From a virus (taxonomy: Duplodnaviria > Caudoviricetes), in IMG/VR virus record IMGVR_UViG_3300033076_001378, positions 1 through 41,769 of that record: DNA of 41,769 nucleotides. The stretch is one strand, 5' to 3'. Every line of letters starts with the position of its first letter. Within the stretch, counting starts at the first letter, position 1. A program made the translations under genes and the position numbers. The notes under the pieces were generated by a model. The model had not been told where the DNA came from, ran no database searches, and saw only the letters and a list, made by a program, of their open reading frames with translations. Below are positions 36,046 to 41,769 of this stretch, piece by piece.

Positions 36046-36305
36046 TTTGTACCTAACGCCTCTCTTGCTCGTTTGCCGTGTTCTATGTAACAATCTTCAA
36101 AACCGACCCAATCACCTTTGCCTAACTGTTTTAAAGGTAAATCATATTCGACATGTTTACCGGCGGCGTAAAACTCCAAAGCAGCCCACGCTTTTTCGAG
36201 TTCGTCAAACAGTGCCAATAAATCTCTATAGCTTGGTGGCGTCATCTCCTCAGAAGCGTTTTGCCTGAGGCTCCAGAACCATTTTTGTTTTGATTCGTAA
36301 GTCAC
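36042..36305 (-). CDS. hypothetical phage protein
   Basis: ALEFYA...GKRAREAL pattern; ATGA overlaps. Confidence 0.75.
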   Translation of the reverse strand: MTYESKQKWFWSLRQNASEEMTPPSYRDLLALFDELEKAWAALEFYAAGKHVEYDLPLKQLGKGDWVGFEDCYIEHGKRAREALGTK

Positions 36306-36556
36306 GCCTCATCCTCCAATGCTGCAAGAGCTTCTCTTAGATCATACGTGACCTCAGTCGGGTCAAGCTGGGCTATTTGCCCCTTAGCTGCATCTCCGAC
36401 CGCTTCAAGCTTTTCGATGTAGTACACCAAATCTTGCATCTCGCTCTTACTTACGCTCGTATAGTCAGCGTCATCGCCAGGATGGTGAATTACGCAGTTA
36501 ATGTATTCCGCTTCCTTGATATGATTTCTTATCTCCGCTATGCGTTCGTTAGTCAC
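36302..36556 (-). CDS. hypothetical phage protein
   Basis: MTNERIAEIR...LREALAAL; GTGA overlap. Confidence 0.75.
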   Translation of the reverse strand: MTNERIAEIRNHIKEAEYINCVIHHPGDDADYTSVSKSEMQDLVYYIEKLEAVGDAAKGQIAQLDPTEVTYDLREALAALEDEA

Positions 36557-36714
36557 TCATCACCTCTCTCCCAGAGAATGCCTTCTCCTTTGCATGGCGG
36601 ACATTCATAAGTCCGTAAGTCAGATGTTACATATATAACTTGGTCTCCAGGAATATGAGGCGGTCGAGATACTAGACCCGTACCGTCGCAGACCGGGCAT
36701 TTATGTGGAGTCAT
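36553..36714 (-). CDS. 53-aa DnaJ-type zinc-finger protein (not in ORF track)
   Basis: CPVCDGTG and CPPCKGEG; 4-nt overlaps at both ends. Confidence 0.85.
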   Translation of the reverse strand: MTPHKCPVCDGTGLVSRPPHIPGDQVIYVTSDLRTYECPPCKGEGILWERGDE

Positions 36715-36977
36715 TTGTCACCTCGGAGTTTGGCGAGCGCTTTTCCTAAAGCAATCCAGGCTTCATAATGACCGGGTAAGGTATTTCCGATTTGCCCCCA
36801 CTCATCTTGTTTTGATTTATATTTCTCAGCCGCCTTTGCCACGTCGATAAGGGCTTGAAGTCTCGTTGCAAACGCATTTGCCAGACGGGCATCCATTTCA
36901 ATATTTGAAGTTTCATCGTCGCACCAACACTGCGCTGCTATCTCAATGGCTGTTTGGTCGAGGATTGATTTAGTCAT
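36711..36977 (-). CDS. hypothetical phage protein
   Basis: AAQCWCDDETSNIEMDARLA; ATGA overlaps. Confidence 0.75.
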   Translation of the reverse strand: MTKSILDQTAIEIAAQCWCDDETSNIEMDARLANAFATRLQALIDVAKAAEKYKSKQDEWGQIGNTLPGHYEAWIALGKALAKLRGDK

Positions 36978-37195
36978 TTTATTTCCCTCTCCTTCCTTGT
37001 CATATAAAACTTAATTATACGCCGTCCATTGCCTGGATGTCTAGTGTGGTAGAACTCCAGAGTGGGAGGTGTTAGGCGGTACATAGACTGATCTCCACAC
37101 TGGGTACACGTAGTACTGCTAGGTCGCTCAGTAGCCTCTGCTCTGATTATATCCATATGGATACAGGATGTACAGTAATACTCGTAGCTAGTCAT
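36974..37195 (-). CDS. FmdB-like zinc-ribbon protein
   Basis: YEYYCTSC...CTQCG; AGGAG RBS. Confidence 0.75.
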   Translation of the reverse strand: MTSYEYYCTSCIHMDIIRAEATERPSSTTCTQCGDQSMYRLTPPTLEFYHTRHPGNGRRIIKFYMTRKEREIK

Positions 37196-37238
37196 TGTAT
37201 ATACTCTCTCCTAATTAAGACGCTAGTTGAATAGCTAG

Positions 37239-37421
37239 TCACTTACTCATCTCCTGGAAGATAGACCTAGCATAGTTATGTAGAATGTGGGCCCGACACT
37301 CCCTGCTTGCTGAGGTGAATGCATCGAGGAATCCACGTGTGTAGGACTCGGGATTAGCTACAGATCCCATCCAGAGACCTAGTACTCCAACTACTAGCAA
37401 AATTAGTACTCTCCTAATCAT
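37239..37421 (-). CDS. small membrane-anchored protein
   Basis: MIRRVLILLVVGVLGLWMG; ATG one base after the upstream stop. Confidence 0.7.
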   Translation of the reverse strand: MIRRVLILLVVGVLGLWMGSVANPESYTRGFLDAFTSASRECRAHILHNYARSIFQEMSK

Positions 37422-37422
37422 A

Positions 37423-38058
37423 CTACTTCTTGCCTCCATCCATACGAATAGCTCCTAGGAATTGCATGTAGGTATCTAGTCCCTGCAGGTACTTCTCTAC
37501 AGAGGAGGTAGAGTTGAAGAGAGTCACATCGAAGTTGTAATCATCTAGGTCCCGCTCAGATGGATCCTGTGTTTCAATTGTATCAAAGCGCTGAATACGC
37601 ATTAGTAGCAACTCCTGGCTGGGAAGTAGCATACGTAACGTATCTGCCTCTGACTTGTAGCGTAGATCGGAAATTACGTACTTCCTATCTGAGTTATTCT
37701 TAATTAATTCAATTGTTTTAGCTGTCCAGAAGTTAGAATTAACAGATCTCTTAATTGAACCCTCGAGGATACATAGAGCCCTAGGTGTCCAGTAACCACT
37801 ACGTAACTCCGTCTCCAACATGCGATGAATCTGCGCCGTGAATGGGTCAGATTCGATTACAGGAAACTGGAGGAGGGGCTCTTCCTTGAGCTTACGGTCG
37901 TCCATCATTGAACGGTGTAGTGAGTAGGTACGAGCTACCATATCCTTCAGGGCACTCGCAAAGGAGAGCTTGTGATATCCATAATTATCTACAAGGTAAT
38001 CAGCTGTTGTATCCTTACCTGATCCCTTCCACCCACTAATAGCAATTACTCGACTCAT
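37423..38058 (-). CDS. deoxynucleoside monophosphate kinase
   Basis: IAISGWKGSGKDT P-loop, FASALK, VISDLRY..E, SE..LD. Confidence 0.88.
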   Translation of the reverse strand: MSRVIAISGWKGSGKDTTADYLVDNYGYHKLSFASALKDMVARTYSLHRSMMDDRKLKEEPLLQFPVIESDPFTAQIHRMLETELRSGYWTPRALCILEGSIKRSVNSNFWTAKTIELIKNNSDRKYVISDLRYKSEADTLRMLLPSQELLLMRIQRFDTIETQDPSERDLDDYNFDVTLFNSTSSVEKYLQGLDTYMQFLGAIRMDGGKK

Positions 38059-38318
38059 TGTAGGTCTCCTTCTACTTCTAGTTGTAATTCTTGTACATCG
38101 GTTACTTCAACTTCGACAAGTAGTGTACCAGCTTCGAGGAGTCGATTCAAGTGTTCATCCTGTAGACCTACACTCATGAGGGCCTTACCTGCTTCACCTA
38201 ATTCTATTCCAGTTTCAAAAGCAGCTGTAATCAGTTTATCCAAGGAGGCTGTAGATACAATGAAGTATCTCTCCTCGTCCACCTGTCTACTCCTACTTTT
38301 ACTCTTACTCCTCGCCAT
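38055..38318 (-). CDS. hypothetical protein
   Basis: GGAGG RBS before ATG 38318; basic N-terminus, acidic body. Confidence 0.75.
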   Translation of the reverse strand: MARSKSKSRSRQVDEERYFIVSTASLDKLITAAFETGIELGEAGKALMSVGLQDEHLNRLLEAGTLLVEVEVTDVQELQLEVEGDLQ

Positions 38319-38430
38319 AGATAACTCCTCCCAATTTAGACGCAAGCAATACTGTTGCAACTAGTATAATTAAACTAGGCAGTAGTGCAACTACTAGTAG
38401 CCCAATGCAGATGCGTAACCAGAGTGACAT
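38305..38430 (-). CDS. 41-aa membrane peptide (not in ORF track)
   Basis: GGAG RBS; MSLWLRICIGLLVVALLPSLIILVATVLLASKLGGVIYGEE*. Confidence 0.7.
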   Translation of the reverse strand: MSLWLRICIGLLVVALLPSLIILVATVLLASKLGGVIYGEE

Positions 38431-38460
38431 GTATATATCTCCATCCTACTTACATAATAC

Positions 38461-38487
38461 TTGTCGGCATTCTCCACTAGAACTTTA
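38461..38487 (-). promoter_or_regulatory. sigma28 (FliA)-type promoter
   Basis: TAAAGTTC-11 nt-GCCGACAA versus consensus TAAAGTTT-11 nt-GCCGATAA; intergenic. Confidence 0.7.
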
Positions 38488-38493
38488 ATCTAA

Positions 38494-38615
38494 TTAATAA
38501 GTATCTGTATTTCTAGCACGTTGCCTCCATGAATTAATATCATGCAGTGCGTCGGTAAACCACTCAGGCATTAGATGATTCCCCTCCATGTAGAGCCTAT
38601 CGAAGGAGCCGTCAA
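38494..38615 (-). pseudogene. displaced original helicase C-terminus
   Basis: DGSFDRLYMEGNHLMPEWFTDALHDINSWRQRARNTDTY*; 24/29 identical to the current helicase end. Confidence 0.9.
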
Positions 38616-39056
38616 TTACTCTATCCAATAATGCTTTCTAACTATCTTAGAAATCATTGAAACAGACATTCCATATATACCAGCAAGTTGTCCGTAAGTT
38701 GAGTTGCCTTCAGAATATACTTGACGAATTTCCCGTACCTGATCCCAAGTTAACTTAGCTTTAGGATTTTTTTCTCCTTGAGTATCTTTTCTTGTCCGTT
38801 TAACAAACCGCCCCTTAGCTATACAATCATGTACATTATCTCTAGCAGTCCCTAATCTAAGATGTTCTGGATTAATACATTTAGGATTATCGCAACTATG
38901 TAATACAACAGTTGTTGTATCTTGAATTTCTAATCCATGAAATAACATAGCAACTAATCTATGAGCATAGAATCGTTTACCATTAATTTGAATTTGTAAA
39001 TACCCAAGACCTACTATATTCTTACCAACATATTCTATACATTTCGATTGTTCCAT
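38616..39056 (-). CDS. HNH endonuclease with C-terminal HTH (start 39056 or 39071)
   Basis: AHRL, VLHSCDNPKCINPEHLRLGT..DN, GEKNPKAKLT...VREIR, helix-turn-helix. Confidence 0.9.
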   Translation of the reverse strand: MEQSKCIEYVGKNIVGLGYLQIQINGKRFYAHRLVAMLFHGLEIQDTTTVVLHSCDNPKCINPEHLRLGTARDNVHDCIAKGRFVKRTRKDTQGEKNPKAKLTWDQVREIRQVYSEGNSTYGQLAGIYGMSVSMISKIVRKHYWIE

Positions 39057-39141
39057 GAATCTATATCCCATAATGCATCCTTGAACCATTCTGGCATCAA
39101 GTGATTTCCTTCATCATATAACCGTTGGAAGGAACCGTCAA
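38616..39141 (-). mobile_element. HNH cassette carrying a replacement helicase C-terminus
   Basis: TTGACGG begins both the cassette and the displaced tail; recoded duplicate tail plus AT-rich HNH gene. Confidence 0.82.
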
Positions 39142-40528
39142 GGACTGTAGTAATCCCGTAATCCTCCGGTGTTCTACATACTCTACCACATGCTTGGATA
39201 ACTGTCTTGAGAGTTTGCCATACATAGTACTCAGGGTTATTCTCACTGTGATACTTCACAGACTCATCTCCTAGAGATGGCCATGGTATCTTAGTAATTA
39301 CTTGCCAACGACCTAGATCTCCAGGTAAGTCAATTCCCTCATACATACCGCAGGCTACGAGAATCAGAGGCTTATCAGACTTACGAAATTTCTCGTAGAC
39401 TTCCTTCTTATTAGTTCTATCATGGAAGAGGAATCTAGAATTACCTGCTAGATACTTTCTGAGTAATCCGGCAATTTGGTAGGTAGCATGTACTACCCCC
39501 TTCTCTTCTGCGTGCTTAGTCGCTAACTCCGTAATCTTACTAGCTAACTTCTCAGTAGATTCCACTACATTTCTGTAGTTGACAGTAACTACAGGATCCA
39601 CTACAATAGGACGTGAATCTGCAGGAATTGGACTCTTACACTCCAGGTAGCATATCCTCCCCCGGAACCCTAGTTGCTCTACATCTATGTGGTTAATTGT
39701 AGCAGAGAGAAGTATAACCTTCTTCACACTGCTGGGATTGAACATACGAGGAGCATTACTAATGTCTACTGGGAGTAGTTCGATGCACTCCCTTTCCTCA
39801 GGTTCCCCCCTCACTGTTCCCTTCCCATTGAACTCCCTAATAGCTCTACTAACTACATACTCGGGCCGACTAGATGTCAGCGCTGCGTGAAGTATCTGCA
39901 TCTTCTTGTGGGCTTGTTTACTGGCTGGTAGGGATTCAAACCATTCCAGGAATTGTTCCTTCTTCCAGGCCGTCAGTGGATATGGATAGTCATGCCTCCA
40001 GATTCTGAGGGCCATTCTGTCTCGTATATGCGGTATTAGATTGTGGGCCTCATCTACTACTAGTACATCCCGGTAGAGCTGGTGAGCTGTGTAGATATGG
40101 TAGTTGTAAGCACCAGGGCCACGTCTGTAGAGGGCTGTAGATAGGTCAGCTGAGGCTGGACACTTACCACACTTACTATTCTTCTTATTACAGAAGGCTC
40201 CCTTCTTCCCCTTAGTAGCGGAGCAGGGTCTGAGCCATTCCTTGCACCAGTAGGAATCTAACCTAGAGAGGGTTGCTGTATCTGGAAACTCTGCTCGGAA
40301 TTGATCTACAAGCAGATTAGTAGGAGTAATGTAGGATACACTACGTAGCGCATTCATTAGTGTCTTAGCTAAGGCGCTCTTACCATAGGCAGTAGGGGCC
40401 TTAATTACAAATACATCATACTTATTCCAGTTAGCTTCAAGAAGATTGAGGGTCTCTATCTGTATCTGTCTTGGAGCTGGATAGGGAAAGTGACCTTGCC
40501 ATTTGAATTGGGATAACCTCTGCTCCAT
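39035..40528 (-). CDS. DinG/Rad3-like SF2 helicase
   Basis: APTAYGKS, Cys cluster, DEAH, SAT, EGID, QACGRVCR...D.G...LD. Confidence 0.88.
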   Translation of the reverse strand: MEQRLSQFKWQGHFPYPAPRQIQIETLNLLEANWNKYDVFVIKAPTAYGKSALAKTLMNALRSVSYITPTNLLVDQFRAEFPDTATLSRLDSYWCKEWLRPCSATKGKKGAFCNKKNSKCGKCPASADLSTALYRRGPGAYNYHIYTAHQLYRDVLVVDEAHNLIPHIRDRMALRIWRHDYPYPLTAWKKEQFLEWFESLPASKQAHKKMQILHAALTSSRPEYVVSRAIREFNGKGTVRGEPEERECIELLPVDISNAPRMFNPSSVKKVILLSATINHIDVEQLGFRGRICYLECKSPIPADSRPIVVDPVVTVNYRNVVESTEKLASKITELATKHAEEKGVVHATYQIAGLLRKYLAGNSRFLFHDRTNKKEVYEKFRKSDKPLILVACGMYEGIDLPGDLGRWQVITKIPWPSLGDESVKYHSENNPEYYVWQTLKTVIQACGRVCRTPEDYGITTVLDGSFQRLYDEGNHLMPEWFKDALWDIDSWNNRNV

Positions 40529-40739
40529 TCTCTCCACTCCTTGCTGGGTATGCTTTCCTAAGCCAGTCAATTAATTGTCCCACATTCTCCGGATGTAATC
40601 TAATTACAGTTTCCCTACTTCCAATCTCCTGCAGGAAGAGTGATAGAGACCCATCTCGCTCCTTAGTACCATCCAGAGTCTGGCAGCCAGAACGAATTCG
40701 AAACCAGGACCGCTGCTGTTTACGTCTTCTGCGAAACAT
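40437..40739 (-). CDS. hypothetical protein
   Basis: GGAG RBS; ATG one base after the upstream stop; tail overlaps the helicase start. Confidence 0.6.
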   Translation of the reverse strand: MFRRRRKQQRSWFRIRSGCQTLDGTKERDGSLSLFLQEIGSRETVIRLHPENVGQLIDWLRKAYPARSGENGAEVIPIQMARSLSLSSSKTDTDRDPQSS

Positions 40740-40740
40740 A

Positions 40741-41013
40741 TCAATCTCCAGTTAGGTTATACTCACTCTTGAGTTTGTAGTAAGTAGCACTGAGAACCTG
40801 GATTGTGGCTTGTACTAGTTCGTAATCTATATCCTTATCGTACTTGTCAGATAGTTGAATAATGAAATCCTCAGGTATACCATACTTAGTATAGGAGTGT
40901 AGAACATCTAGCTCGAAGCAGCGGAGAAAGGAGTTGAGCCTAGACGCTGTCAATACTATTTCCAATTCTTCTTGCTCTTCTGGTAGGTTGTACCTAATTA
41001 TATGCTCAGACAT
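40741..41013 (-). CDS. hypothetical protein
   Basis: GAGGAG RBS before ATG 41013; YNLPEEQEEL. Confidence 0.75.
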   Translation of the reverse strand: MSEHIIRYNLPEEQEELEIVLTASRLNSFLRCFELDVLHSYTKYGIPEDFIIQLSDKYDKDIDYELVQATIQVLSATYYKLKSEYNLTGD

Positions 41014-41320
41014 TAGCGGTCTCCTCATCCTTCTTGATATCGCAGTGCTTGCAGTATTCGAACTGCTCAGATAGTCCAGTATACATTAGCCACTCATGTT
41101 TGCACTTCTTATGTACAACCTCAGGATCTGAGTAGTGAGGAAACCCAATACCAGTACCATAGCCCGCACTGCCACCGTCTTCCTCCCAGATATCTACAGG
41201 CCACTTACTGCTTGATTCTTCCGCAGTCAGTATAGCCTTAGTGGTTGGATTCCTAGGAAAGATAGGCATACACTCCATATCATATTCAACTGGAGATCCA
41301 TTAGCATCATAACCTCGCAT
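41006..41320 (-). CDS. hypothetical protein with C-terminal zinc knuckle
   Basis: GGAGG RBS before ATG 41320; CKHEW...CKHC. Confidence 0.7.
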   Translation of the reverse strand: MRGYDANGSPVEYDMECMPIFPRNPTTKAILTAEESSSKWPVDIWEEDGGSAGYGTGIGFPHYSDPEVVHKKCKHEWLMYTGLSEQFEYCKHCDIKKDEETANV

Positions 41321-41370
41321 TAATTCCTCCCTATACAATTGTAATATATCACTAACTGACATCTCACTGA

Positions 41371-41769
41371 TCACCATGCGCCCTTCATCAAACTTGTTTT
41401 TAACTCTACGGCAGATTCATATGAATCTTTAGTATAGTTAATTCCTTTAAATGAAAATCTATACTTACGTCCATGCTTTTTTATTCCATTAACTGTAAAG
41501 TTTATATGGATTTGTCGATTGTGTGCCTGTTCTAGTGGGGTTGCCCAACGCACATTACCTGGCTCATAATTTCCATTAACATTTATTCTATCTATACTAT
41601 GATTACAAGAAGGTCTAGGTCCTAAATACTCAATAAATAATCGAAAATTCCTAATCCAAGGAGGGTAAATAGAAATTCCTTTACCGCCGTAATTTTTATA
41701 CCCAGTAGCTTGTGGGTTTGTACATCTTTGTACCATATTTTCCCAACATTTATAAGCAGAATTACTTGT
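41371..41769 (-). CDS. HNH-family endonuclease, 5' end beyond the window
   Basis: YKCWENMVQRCTNP...NYGGKGI, SIDRINVNGNYEPGNVRWAT..EQ..N; AT-rich; frame open to the window edge. Confidence 0.88.
   Translation of the reverse strand, partial: TSNSAYKCWENMVQRCTNPQATGYKNYGGKGISIYPPWIRNFRLFIEYLGPRPSCNHSIDRINVNGNYEPGNVRWATPLEQAHNRQIHINFTVNGIKKHGRKYRFSFKGINYTKDSYESAVELKTSLMKGAW

Noticed and set aside
35430-37421. Similar starts MIRVLTICLLVVG and MIRRVLILLVVG as another duplication
   Set aside because: Similarity is limited to low-complexity signal-peptide residues in genes 2 kb apart.
34601-39141. Group I introns around the two intragenic HNH genes
   Set aside because: The inserts are almost wholly coding with no room for a ribozyme core, and the duplicated termini make splicing unnecessary.
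1-41769. TAG stop-codon reassignment suggested by the abundance of TAG
   Set aside because: Genes are full length and densely packed under the standard code, and TAG ends many of them right before the next start.
1-41769. tRNA, CRISPR array, integrase, or diversity-generating retroelement
   Set aside because: I saw no cloverleaf, spaced identical repeats, recombinase or reverse transcriptase. The duplicated segments differ at all four bases rather than only at adenines.

Overview
This window is about 42 kb of a tailed dsDNA phage genome with podovirus-like gene order. The + strand (1-33256) carries morphogenesis genes: small virion proteins, large terminase, portal, M15 peptidase endolysin, scaffold, major capsid, three modular fibre paralogues, head-tail adaptor, a very large tail nozzle, and five putative DNA-ejection proteins plus a GNAT. 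The - strand (33257-41769) carries small early/accessory genes, a dNMP kinase and a DinG-like helicase. The backbone is CTAG-rich and poor in A/T runs; four AT-rich HNH endonuclease genes and a few other patches deviate from it. Main finding: two HNH genes sit inside host genes without intron or intein, and each carries a recoded replacement terminus for the gene it interrupts (a new C-terminus for the helicase, a new lipoprotein N-terminus). The displaced original termini are still readable next to them, and a third duplicated start (METSFL) looks like the scar of a lost element. Other points of interest: a C-terminal Hint domain behind a GGG|C junction on an ejection protein coupled to a GNAT, a 254-nt multi-hairpin RNA candidate after the capsid gene, and a sigma-28-type promoter. 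All functional calls come from motifs and synteny read by eye; no database search was run.
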